A stretch of 64,000 bases of DNA from a virus (taxonomy: Duplodnaviria > Caudoviricetes), in the IMG/VR virus record IMGVR_UViG_3300021387_000075; one strand, written 5' to 3'. Below the pieces are notes generated by a model. That model had not been told where the DNA came from. It was given only the letters and a program-made list of their open reading frames with translations, and did not search any database. A program made the position numbers and the translations under genes. This document shows positions 27,501-37,224 of the stretch, one piece after another. Every line of letters starts with the position of its first letter. Positions within the stretch are counted from its first letter, which is position 1.

Positions 27501-30500
27501 AGGAGATAGAGGCTTATTGACCATTATGCGTCAATACTTAGTATATCTCCAATGGATTGAATCTCTAGAAAAAAACCGTTTCTAGTATTATCAAATAAAT
27601 TCTGGATGTGAACTAGGATGGCTTATTGATACAAATTCCGAATCTACTTCTGACGAACCCAAGATAAAACGTATTCCAGTATTGATTATTACTGGTGCAG
27701 ACGTTTTAGATGATGATACTATTCGCTATTTAGTAAAAGGAGAATATGCGATTTATAATGGAGAAGGACTCTAGCAAGAAACAACCTATTCTAAACCTGT
27801 TGCAGAAAAGTATCGTCCATTCTTCGGATATTATACTACCACTGAATAGAAAGATAGTACTACTGGCTCAACCTATACTGAAAGGATACTTAATTATGGG
27901 CCATCAATTAACGATAGTCAATATATTGGTGCCGGTAATGAAGATTCTTAGTATTTTACTCGTAATTTAACTAAACATTTATATGACACTTTTAAATAGC
28001 CTGATGCTGATGAATATCGTTATCGTCGGGTATACCCTCGTATTTATTTTAATACGCTTAAACTTAAATCTGAATCCTCTGACATTCATTTGAGTATGAA
28101 TGAAAAGTTGTTAGAAGATTTCAAAGACTATTCTCTTGTTCCAGATGATAGATCAAAAGGTCAAAAACTTCAAGGTATTGGCTATTATTTAACCATTAAA
28201 CCGCATTTGCTATTTAAAAATGGTGAAGCAGAAAATGAATTTAAAATAGTATATACTTTATCTAATGCCGATATTTCTATCTATTTGGATGCTTTAAAAG
28301 TCTTGCGCGAAAATGCTTATCCAAAAGTTTCTTATAATGTGGATGTAAGTATTTTAAATCCAAAGTTTATTGCTACGGCTTATGATCGTTTAAATCAAAT
28401 AGTTCATATTAATGATAACGATTTACAGTTAGAAGATGCTAACGGATATATTTCATCAATTACAATGAAATTAGATCATCCATGGGAAGATTAGATAGAG
28501 ATTAAAAATTATGAGACTAAGTTTGAAGACTTATTTACTACAATTGTTGCTTAGACAGAAGCAATGTAGCGTAGTTAGTAGGGCTTGAATAGTGTATTGT
28601 AGGCTTTCTCGCGCACTACTGGCTTACTTGATAAGGACGTATTGGAACGCAGCTTGGTAAGTGCTAACTTAAAATTAAAATTCGATACGGCTGGCCGCGT
28701 AACATCAGATGAAAATGGTATTATGGCTATATCTGAAGATGAGAAAAGCGCAATTGCTTTCCGCCCAGGTGGTATTTTTACAGCGTATGAGCATGATACT
28801 AATGGAGAATGGATTTGGAATACTGGTATTTTACCAACAGGCATTAGCGCGAACTTTATTAGCGGTGGATAGTTAGATATTAATAAGATTAAATTATACG
28901 CTGGTGATTAGTTACGATTCTAGATGAATAGTGATGGCTTGTTTGCTTATAAGTCTTTCTCTACTAATCACGCAAAGAAAGATTTCGCGGTCAAACAAGA
29001 TATAGCAGAAGAAGATATAGCGCCGGAAAAGACAGATTTTAAGCAATATGTAGTCTTTAATTCAGAAGGTTTATTCTTAACCGCGAAGCAAGGTGCGCTA
29101 TATAATACGCAAAAAACTAGTACAAGCGATAATGAAATAAAATATCAATACGCGATAACTGAGAAAGATATCAATCGTGTTGAAATTAGCTGGGATGGTT
29201 TAAAATTACGTAACTGGGCTGGTGAGGAGGTATTCTATGCTGATCCAGATACTGGTAATTTAACCCTTAGCGGCACAGTTAAAGCAGATGGAGGTAACAT
29301 AGCTGGCTGGGAAATTTTAGGTAATGTCTTGTCGGGCGATCATATTAATTTAATTTCTCATACGAGTGATGAGGGTAATGATATAGCGGGCATTGTGCTT
29401 ACTGATCAACCAAAGTTACAAGATACTAAATTAGATCCTTATACTGGGAAAATTTATTTCGTATGTGAATGCTTCATTAATGGAAAAAAGACAACTGTTT
29501 ATTATCCTGATCCAGTTATTGGCTCTTTAAGTGTTAAAGTAAAACAAATATATAAAGACGGTAATGTTGTTGCTTATGTTACTCCCAAGTATATCAAAGC
29601 TGAGACAATAGCTACTGGAAGTAGCACTGAAGTACTTGATAAAGAGACAAAAGACCCTGTAATAACATACGCCGCAGATGCCGAGACTAAGTTATATATT
29701 ATGGCTGATGCGGGTTTAAATTAGTATGTTTATTCAGATAATAAAAAATTAGAGTATGATGGGGATAATACTTTAACTTCTTATTGGTATACACGCATGA
29801 GTAACTAGGAATCATTAATTACAAAAATAACTGTGCCTGCTATTGTGCCATATGATTTAAATAGTGATACCACGGTAGTTTTAACACCAGTCGGTGAATC
29901 AAAAGTAACATTCCAGGTTCAAGCAAGTACTGGTAAAACTATAATTCATAGCGGACAAATTGGCGGTTTTACAATTATGGATGATGCTGTTGGAACATTT
30001 ACTGGTGGTAAAATTGCCAATAGTGAATTTGGAACAGATAATAAAATTAATGGTATTAACTTAAGCTAGTTATTCTATGACGTTACAACTGATTCAACAA
30101 CAGGAATTGTTAGCTTAAAAAGAGTAAATGGTAACAATGTAAATTTTAATATTGCCGCTTTACAAGCTTATAAAGATATGCTAAGTAAAGTGGCATCTAT
30201 TAAAATTAAATTTAAAGTTTCTAGCGATGGTTAATAAAATGGCCAGACCGTATAGTAATATACGGAACAAACATGGTGAACCGGTAAATGCCGGGTGTCG
30301 AATTAACATTTTATTGTAAGAATAGGAAATGATTCTGCATAATTCGGCTAACGGGGAACCCTACGTCTATGGATATGGCAATCCCGTGCCAAGCTTAATT
30401 GAAGGTGTAACGACTATCCAGCTAGGAGTAGGGTTGTGGTGAAATTCCGCAAGCCGAAGCGCCATGCCCCAGAAATGGGTGAAGATATAGTCTGATTCAT

Positions 30501-31016
30501 AAAGAAATTTATGAGAAATTGCAATATTTAACTGCCACAGCGATAAGTGCTGATGGGACCGAATTTAAATAGACAGTATTAGCAGAAGATAATGGTAAAA
30601 GCAAAATAAAAATAAGTAAGTATAAGGGAAAAACATTAAAGTTTACTGCAACAAATGATTATGGTGCAAAGATTACAAAAACATATAAAATTACAGATGA
30701 TAGTACTATAAGCGGATATACAAATGCTTGGACAGAAGGATGCTCTACTTGTGAAGGCCAATGCGGAAAGAACTGCGCTAATGAATGTGCGGGATTATGT
30801 GGAGGTACGTGTAAAGGAGGATGCAAAGGTGGGTGTTCTGGCTGTGGCAATTAGTGTTCCACAGGATGTACTGAATCATGTTCTTCTGGCTGCGATGGAC
30901 AATGTAAAGGAGATTGTGGTTGGGACTGTTCCCATGAGTGTAGCAGCGGTTGTGGAAATAGTTGTCGTCGTGGTTGCGGTAACAATTGTGATAGTTCAGT
31001 TGACAATCATGATTAA
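24571..31016 (+). CDS. Tal-like tail-tip protein, about 2,051 aa after splicing (exons 24571-30231 and 30522-31016; TAG-recoded)
   Basis: ATG 24571 with AGGAGG SD; one frame broken only by TAG up to 30231. Motifs SNLYNIT*QIAEQF, NYETKFEDLF and GISANFISGG*LD. Removing the intron gives the in-frame join KVSSDG|QYLTATAIS, ending TAA 31014-31016. Confidence 0.75.
30232..30521 (+). ncRNA. Group I self-splicing intron (ORF-less, 290 nt)
   Basis: Exon ends UGGU pairing with GCCA (U.G at the 5' splice site). P2 CCGTATA-GTAA-TATACGG; P3 CATGGTG/CGCCATG; P4 CGGGGA/TCCCG; P7 GACTAT/ATAGTC with AAGATATAGTC; P9 TCATAAA-GAAA-TTTATGA; terminal G at 30521. Confidence 0.9.
30741..30989 (+). repeat. CxxxC repeat, 22 Cys in 83 aa, at the C-terminus of the tail-tip protein
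   Basis: CSTCEGQCGKNCANECAGLCGGTCKGGCKGGCSGCGN*CSTGCTESCSSGCDGQCKGDCGWDCSHECSSGCGNSCRRGCGNNC. Confidence 0.9.
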
Positions 31017-31061
31017 AAAAAATAAGCCCGGACTCTTAATGAGTCCGGGCCTTTCTTTTTT
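31015..31061. terminator. Bidirectional terminator between the convergent arms
   Basis: A-run, GCCCGGACTC-TTAAT-GAGTCCGGGC, then T-run. Confidence 0.85.
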
Positions 31062-31446
31062 ATTCAAATTGCAGGAAGGGTTCAAGGAATGACGCTTCAG
31101 CAGGGGTAAATTCTAAGTTTTCAATATCCTCTACAGGAATAGGTTTAGCTTCAATTTCAACTTCTTCCATAATTAGCTTATTGATTTCATCCATGTAAGC
31201 TTGCATATTTTCTTGAGTAAACTGATATTCGTTTTTCTCGTTTAATTCAAATTCTCCATCTTCTTTACGCTTAGCATATTTTTCAATTAGCTTTAGCCGC
31301 GTATCATTGTAAGATGTCAGAACTTCTTCTAGTTTCTTTAACAAGCGTGCTACTTGAAAAGCGGTTCGTCCTTTAAGTACCATTCCGCTCAATTTCTGTA
31401 GTGCTTCTTGTCCTTCTACAACTTCTTTTAATGTAATTTTCATCAT
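31060..31446 (-). CDS. Hypothetical protein (DUF1617-like, tentative)
   Basis: Helical protein MMKITLKEVVEGQEALQKL...; ATG overlaps the resolvase TGA. Confidence 0.6.
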   Translation of the reverse strand: MMKITLKEVVEGQEALQKLSGMVLKGRTAFQVARLLKKLEEVLTSYNDTRLKLIEKYAKRKEDGEFELNEKNEYQFTQENMQAYMDEINKLIMEEVEIEAKPIPVEDIENLEFTPAEASFLEPFLQFE

Positions 31447-32192
31447 ATAACTTCTCCCCAAGTACTATGTACTTTAATTTTATTACAAAAATATTTTCCA
31501 ATACAAATTGCATCAGCTTCGTCTTCGGTGCATTGCATATCATACCATATTCTAACCTTAGCCTATGCTGCTTTCTTGCGTGCTTCACGATGTTGGTCTC
31601 CATCGCCGACGCCGCAATAACTACGCCATTCACTCGGATAGACTAATTCGGAGTCTATACTTGCTTCAAATATAGTATCTAAGATTACACCTTGAAGATT
31701 GGCTAATGTTTGGAATGTTTTGACCTAAGTTTGTGCTTTATTCGGGCCATAGCTTTGTAATTGAATGTTTTCAATACCTACAAAATCCGGCTCCCATTCT
31801 TTAAGTGCAGCTTTAAGCCAATGCTTAACATTGTTAATACGTTCTGTTGTAGGAAGCGCGGCACTTGTTTTAAAAGTACCATATCCTACTAATATCTTAT
31901 CATCATATATAGAATAGCCAGTAATTCCTGTTGCCGCGTCAAGAGCGAGAATACGTGTTATATCCTCGCCCTTGGGCGGCACCTTATTTTTTTTCACCTT
32001 ATACGGATCACCGGCCATGCAAATATCGCACATTTTATGCTTGCGCCACTATTCAAATGTTTGTTGCTACACATGCCCCTACGGGCATTGCATATCAAGT
32101 GGCGTTTTTAAATTCTTATAACTATCGCTTATAAGTTTCCATCCTTCCGCTTCTAAGGCATTTTGGACTGTGTATATATTAATTGATGCCAT
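31443..32192 (-). CDS. RuvC-like Holliday junction resolvase with N-terminal Zn-binding domain (TAG-recoded)
   Basis: ATG 32192 overlaps the dUTPase TAA; five in-frame TAGs. Motifs CP*GH...CDIC, ILALDAATGITGY, VGIENIQ, VYPSEWR and EDEADAICIG; TGA at 31443. Confidence 0.8.
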
Positions 32193-32983
32193 TAGGTTCC
32201 AGTAGAGCCAAATCCGCCCTCTCCACGATCAGAATCTGTTAGAGAATCGACAACATTCGCCTTAAAGCGGTAAGAAGGCATTACTAGCATCTGAGCGATA
32301 CGATCGCCCTTATGAATTTCATATGGATCATCGCTGATATTATCATAAATCGCGCGTACCTCACCACGATAGCCACTATCAATTACACCTACACTATTGC
32401 TTAAACGTAGAGGTGTTTTCGCACCCATACTAGAACGTGGTAGGACAAAGGCTACCCATCCTTCTGGTAGCTGAATATGTACGCCCGTCGCTACTGGGGT
32501 ACCATGCGTATGAGGTTGAATTGTTATATCTTCAAACGCATACATATCTGCAGCGGCATCACTATCATGAGCATATGTAGGAACTTGTGCGCCGTCCTCT
32601 AGCATAATTGGTAGCTCGATTGAATAGAAGTGATATTTATCATAAGCAGTATCAAAGGTTTCATAAATCTTTTCCACTACTTTATCTACTACTTTACGCT
32701 TATTGCCTGCAATAATCTGATCGCCATAAACAATTTGATTTACAAATTCTTTTAGAGACTTTACTGATTCTTTGGCTTCTGCGCGGGTCGTACCCTGAGC
32801 CTCTAAGTTGGCAATAATCTGACTTACAGACTGATTAATCTGCTCCTTAGAAAAAGATTGATCAATACTCTGTAGAATTGTATCTAACGCTTCGTCAGAA
32901 AATAAATTATCATCCATATCTTTAAGATTTTTTACTGCGTCTATAAACGCCTGTACTTGCTGATTAGCTAATTCTTCGTTCAT
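32192..32983 (-). CDS. dut: Trimeric dUTPase with about 120-aa N-terminal extension
   Basis: AAADMY, PRSS, GVIDSGYRGE, GDRIAQ and RGEGGFGSTG motifs. Confidence 0.92.
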   Translation of the reverse strand: MNEELANQQVQAFIDAVKNLKDMDDNLFSDEALDTILQSIDQSFSKEQINQSVSQIIANLEAQGTTRAEAKESVKSLKEFVNQIVYGDQIIAGNKRKVVDKVVEKIYETFDTAYDKYHFYSIELPIMLEDGAQVPTYAHDSDAAADMYAFEDITIQPHTHGTPVATGVHIQLPEGWVAFVLPRSSMGAKTPLRLSNSVGVIDSGYRGEVRAIYDNISDDPYEIHKGDRIAQMLVMPSYRFKANVVDSLTDSDRGEGGFGSTGT

Positions 32984-32997
32984 TCCTTTATCCTCCT

Positions 32998-33213
32998 TTA
33001 GATTTCATATGAAATCGTAACTTCGACCATCCACCATTCTTCGGTAATTTCTCCGGTCTTACGATCTTTTTTAGTTTTATAATCAACCTTAGTCTTTGTA
33101 ATAGTAAATCCTTCTTTTATTGCGCGATTTTTCCAATCATCTACAACAGAATTCGCTTCTTCTTCTGTATCGCAACGACAAGTTTTTACCCACTTAGTAT
33201 CACAAATCGCCAT
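32998..33213 (-). CDS. Hypothetical protein
   Basis: Tightly packed ORF; likely start MAICDTKW. Confidence 0.6.
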   Translation of the reverse strand: MAICDTKWVKTCRCDTEEEANSVVDDWKNRAIKEGFTITKTKVDYKTKKDRKTGEITEEWWMVEVTISYEI

Positions 33214-33535
33214 TTTCTTCAATCTCCTTTGCTTTTTTCTCATTTAGTTCTCTTAGTTTTTGAATTAAATCTATGTAATTAAGCTTTGCGGCAGTTTCAT
33301 TAATCTCATCAATCTGAGATTTTTGTGCCATCTTAGCTTTCTTACCTTTATTTTGCTTAGCCAATGCGCGCCGTTGAGCGCGATTTAGCTTGACGCCGCC
33401 ATTGATTTTTGTAATAGTGAAATCTGTAATCTTTTTCATGATTTCTTCATCATTATCGGCGCCAACTTGTTTCTCAGCTTCTGCATAATCAATTCCTTGA
33501 ATTTCTGCAAAGCGCTTAATTAGATCATTTTCCAT
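33200..33535 (-). CDS. Hypothetical protein
   Basis: 111-aa ORF with GGAGG SD; contains LNRAQRRAL. Confidence 0.65.
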   Translation of the reverse strand: MENDLIKRFAEIQGIDYAEAEKQVGADNDEEIMKKITDFTITKINGGVKLNRAQRRALAKQNKGKKAKMAQKSQIDEINETAAKLNYIDLIQKLRELNEKKAKEIEENGDL

Positions 33536-34570
33536 TTATCCTCCTGCATTTCGGTTATATCCGAATGTCTGAGTATCAAAAAATTCAATATAATATTTTT
33601 CAAGCTCGGAAAGCTTATCTTTATCACAATAAGTGATTGCTTCGATTGACCAATTCCAGAATCCTGTTTTTAGTATTTCATGATGTACGGCTTGATCTGC
33701 AATACTCTTAATACCAATTGAGGACTTAAAGTGGTCAGTAATTCTTTTCTTTATATCAGTACTTTTTCCGATATAAGCTTTGCCGCTATCCAAATTCGTT
33801 AGCTTATAAATTCCCGGCTCTGCTTTAATTTCTATACGCTTAAAAGTATCATCCAAATTAGGCTTAACATATTCAGCCCAAACCAATTTTGAAATAATAT
33901 CTGGATGTTGTACTTTCGCCGCGACAGTAGTAAGCAAGAATTCAATATCTTCTCGGTATTCCTCAGGTAACTATATAGTATAGAATAACTTTGCCTACTT
34001 ATCCATTTCGTATTGGAGTAAGGGTTTCCGCAAACTTAGAAAGCGTTCGCGCTATTGCTCTTCGGCAATTTGATATTCTTTAACCTTGGCTAGTGATTCT
34101 TCAATTTTGTCAGCCATCCATTTCTTAGTTTCTTCGGCCTACTTATCACATTCTTTCGTAGTTTTTTCTAACTCAGATTCCAGAAATGCTTTTTTTTCGT
34201 TAAACGTTTCATCTAATGCTGCTTGGCGTTTTTCTCGCTATTCATTCATTAAAGAATCTAATTCAGTCATTTTTTCATTTACTAGATGATTATATTCATC
34301 ACGCGCATCCGCTAGGCTTGTTTTTGCGCTATCTAATGAATTATATATATCAGTTAATTTTTGCTATTCTGTATTAACTTTAATTTGTACATCTAGTAAT
34401 TTACTACGATATTGTTCAAGTGCTTCTTTATCAAAGTTTAACTCTTCTTTAAGTTTAACCGCTTGTTCGTGATATTCGTCTAATAACTATGTATCAACCG
34501 ATTGTTTTTGATAGAGTTTATACCCCAGAAATCCAATAATAATTAAGCATAAGATTAAAACTACAACCAT
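33536..34570 (-). CDS. Membrane-anchored coiled-coil GIY-YIG nuclease, 344 aa (TAG-recoded)
   Basis: ATG 34570 with AAGGTGA SD; N-terminal hydrophobic VVVLILCLIIIGFLGY; E/K-rich coiled coil with seven TAGs; C-terminal GIYKLTN...YIGKS...LEKYYI...GYN. Confidence 0.8.
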
Positions 34571-34597
34571 ATCATCACCTTTTTCTTTTGATACTTA

Positions 34598-34626
34598 ATT
34601 ATATCAGATTTCTGGGGAAATGTCAA
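34598..34626 (-). promoter_or_regulatory. sigmaA-type promoter
   Basis: TTGACA-17 nt-TATAAT, perfect consensus. Confidence 0.85.
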
Positions 34627-34637
34627 ATATTTGAATA

Positions 34638-34844
34638 TTACATTTCATCTTTTATATATAAGCCACAATGACAAGTTTCTCCAACTTGTACATTATTAAG
34701 AAAATCATAGCACATACATTTATATTCTGATTTGCCCTTGCTTTGATAAATACATGGACAATAGCCATCATTTTCTTTTAAGCCCTGACGAATCATTTCT
34801 ACAATTTCTTTATCTGGATTAATATGTACTTTCATTTTATCCAC
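34638..34844 (-). CDS. Ferredoxin:thioredoxin reductase catalytic-subunit-like protein
   Basis: GYCPC...CMC...CHCGLY cysteine pattern. Confidence 0.75.
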   Translation of the reverse strand: MDKMKVHINPDKEIVEMIRQGLKENDGYCPCIYQSKGKSEYKCMCYDFLNNVQVGETCHCGLYIKDEM

Positions 34845-35311
34845 TCCGCATATTGATTATTTGACGCAAGTTTTACACCAAGAATAGGATCAAACCGTTC
34901 TTCTAAGTTTTGAACATAACGTCCCCATTTAATAATTATATTATGATAATTTCTTATACTTTGTTCAGTAATAAAATCTTCTCCTTGCCCATAACCAGTA
35001 TAAATTATAATAGGATCATTACATTGTTTATCTATACGAATAAATTTGATAAGCTCTATTAAATCCATATAGCTATCAAATGGTTCTAAACCTTGAAAAC
35101 AAAAAGCTTTAGTTAGAGGATTTTGTTTATACATATTCCAAATATACTTGCCACTAACTTCTATATCGGGTTCGGCTGCCAAGCCGCTATTCTGACAGAC
35201 TTGACAGCCATTTAACTTATCACACTTAAAATCACAATATGGGAATTCTATTGTTAAGCAGGGTTCTTTATAATTCGTACAATCATAATCAATTATTCCC
35301 TTTACTTTCAT
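34832..35311 (-). CDS. nrdG: Anaerobic ribonucleotide reductase activating protein
   Basis: CDFKC...CQN, GLEPF, IYTGY, KWGRY and LASNNQ motifs; adjacent to nrdD. Confidence 0.85.
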   Translation of the reverse strand: MKVKGIIDYDCTNYKEPCLTIEFPYCDFKCDKLNGCQVCQNSGLAAEPDIEVSGKYIWNMYKQNPLTKAFCFQGLEPFDSYMDLIELIKFIRIDKQCNDPIIIYTGYGQGEDFITEQSIRNYHNIIIKWGRYVQNLEERFDPILGVKLASNNQYAEWIK

Positions 35312-37223
35312 TATTCATATGCTCCCATTGTCTCATTTTAAATTCTGCTTTACGCTCTTTACTCCAACTTTTAATTGGAGTATAGAAACCAACTATACGC
35401 GTATATTCAGTAACTACATCCCCGCCACAAATAGGGCATTGAGTGCCATAGAAGGCATGATTTTTCGCGCAAGCTTGAATTTTAGTATTAAAGGCAAAAT
35501 ATGTTAATCCTTGGTCAGCAATATAATTAACCGCATTCCAAGCTTTTTCAAAGCTATCAAATGGCGCATCTATATTTAAGTGAGCTATACTGCCGCCATT
35601 ACAATAACTATCAAATAGAGAAGCAATACGAATACGTTCTACCATAGTAGTTTTAATCCCAAGCGGAATAAATTGATTTCCATAAAGTGGCAAGTCTTTT
35701 ACTACTGTGTCTGGATAGAAGAATTCATCAGCAAGCTGCATCTTCGCGGCAGCAGATTCACCGGGAATTTGTTCTACATTAATCTTATAATCTTTATCTG
35801 CGGCAAAAGCGTCTTTTGTTTCATGTAGAACCTGGAAAATGCGCTTACCAAAAGCATCTGCCTTATCGGTATAGAAAACATTTCCCAGTTCGTCTTCGCG
35901 CGTATATCCAAATGTTTTCATTGTCTCATAAATACCTATAATACCTACTGTATTATATAGGTGCTCAAAATCTACGATACCTTTGGAAAAATTAGGAAGC
36001 AGTCCTTTCTCCACATTGCGGCGAATAATATAACGAACGCAATCCAAGGCTTTACAATCTAGTTCTACAATTTCTTTGAGCCTGATTAAATAATCTTCTT
36101 CATTTTCGGCTTCTAATGCTATTCGTGCGAGATTTACCGTAGACACTTTTACGGAACCGACTTTTAGTGCAGTGCCGCCAATACTATTAAAATATCCTAA
36201 ATCTTCAATATTGCTTTTTAGACGGCAGCAATTGCTTAGAGAGTTTACACTATCATCAATAAATAAATTAGAGTCGCTCCAAATACGATTATGTTCGACG
36301 CCCCAGCGCGCGAACTCTTCATCTTGAAATTTACCATCCTTCCGCAACAAAGAAATCGTAAGTACAGGGAAGGTAAACATATTATGTTGGCGTATCTCAG
36401 CGATAGTTTCCATAAAGATTTTTTGGAAATCTTGAATTTCTTTTAAATCATCAATCATATAGGAACCATCAGGAAATTGAGCGCCACCAAATAAAGCTTC
36501 TAGATAAGCCATATCGAATACTGAACAATTAGTAAAAGCAGATTGCATACCATCTCGGACATATGGCTGATTTACAGCATATACAAAACGTTGAATCTGC
36601 TGACGAGCATAATAATCTGAGTCTTTAGTTGCATAACCTGTAGCACAGTCTTTCTTCCAAAAATAATACATATAAGGAATAATATTGGGTAAACCAACAG
36701 CGCCGGAACTACGATTGGCGGCAAAGCTAATAAATTCTTTTACGAAGTCTACAAAAGTACTAAGATGTTGCGGCGGCTCAGCATTGAAATTATTTAAAAA
36801 GAATAGCCCTTTTTCTGCAACATCTTTTAAATCATATGCAAAACAATAATGTACATAAGTACTTGTATCAGCATCATGCATATATAATGCCTTAGTCCAT
36901 TCTTTTTCTAGCCAAAGATTAGCGTCTTTAAAGCCATATCGTTTATTCATTTCATAATATATTTTATTAAACGCTAATAGTTTTCTATGCGGCTTAGGCA
37001 TCTCATTCATTAGAGTACGCATGTCTTTATTCCCTACGTTAGAGTTGCCATCAACAGACGCATCCGCGACTGTATCTTTATCAATAAAGTTATCAATAAA
37101 GTCAGTATAAGAAAGCTGTTTATCACCAAAACCATTTAAATATGCCATTTCTTCGCCATACTTTTCGCTCAAGCGATTGTAAGCAGTTTGAAAATTTTTA
37201 CTTAATCGAACCTTAATATCCAT
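35289..37223 (-). CDS. nrdD: Class III (anaerobic) ribonucleoside-triphosphate reductase
   Basis: YMHD, FTFPV, SNCCRL, EQIPGES, CPICG and the glycyl-radical motif TRIVGF. Confidence 0.93.
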   Translation of the reverse strand: MDIKVRLSKNFQTAYNRLSEKYGEEMAYLNGFGDKQLSYTDFIDNFIDKDTVADASVDGNSNVGNKDMRTLMNEMPKPHRKLLAFNKIYYEMNKRYGFKDANLWLEKEWTKALYMHDADTSTYVHYCFAYDLKDVAEKGLFFLNNFNAEPPQHLSTFVDFVKEFISFAANRSSGAVGLPNIIPYMYYFWKKDCATGYATKDSDYYARQQIQRFVYAVNQPYVRDGMQSAFTNCSVFDMAYLEALFGGAQFPDGSYMIDDLKEIQDFQKIFMETIAEIRQHNMFTFPVLTISLLRKDGKFQDEEFARWGVEHNRIWSDSNLFIDDSVNSLSNCCRLKSNIEDLGYFNSIGGTALKVGSVKVSTVNLARIALEAENEEDYLIRLKEIVELDCKALDCVRYIIRRNVEKGLLPNFSKGIVDFEHLYNTVGIIGIYETMKTFGYTREDELGNVFYTDKADAFGKRIFQVLHETKDAFAADKDYKINVEQIPGESAAAKMQLADEFFYPDTVVKDLPLYGNQFIPLGIKTTMVERIRIASLFDSYCNGGSIAHLNIDAPFDSFEKAWNAVNYIADQGLTYFAFNTKIQACAKNHAFYGTQCPICGGDVVTEYTRIVGFYTPIKSWSKERKAEFKMRQWEHMNNESKGNN

Positions 37224-37224
37224 A

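Noticed and set aside
1659-31016. Decayed prophage or pseudogenised virion genes, or sequencing error
   Set aside because: The interruptions I checked are all TAG, with no frameshifts, and gene boundaries and motifs are intact. Decay or error would give all three stops and indels.
6999-31016. TAG as pyrrolysine
   Set aside because: TAG is very frequent and sits at positions where Gln is expected; no pyl genes are visible in the window.
30512-31016. Exon 2 as an independent bacteriocin or RiPP precursor gene
   Set aside because: No in-frame start with an SD (ATG 30511 is out of frame and inside P9), and intron removal fuses it in frame to the tail gene.
30659-31092. Track ORFs 30724..31092(+) and 30659..30850(-)
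   Set aside because: Shadows of the Cys-repeat exon. The Val-rich and Pro/His-rich periodicity comes from shifted TGT/TGC codons, and the + ORF runs through the terminator.
33536-33937. Free-standing GIY-YIG homing endonuclease for the group I intron
   Set aside because: With TAG read-through it is the C-terminus of a TM/coiled-coil protein and lacks the usual C-terminal DNA-binding modules.
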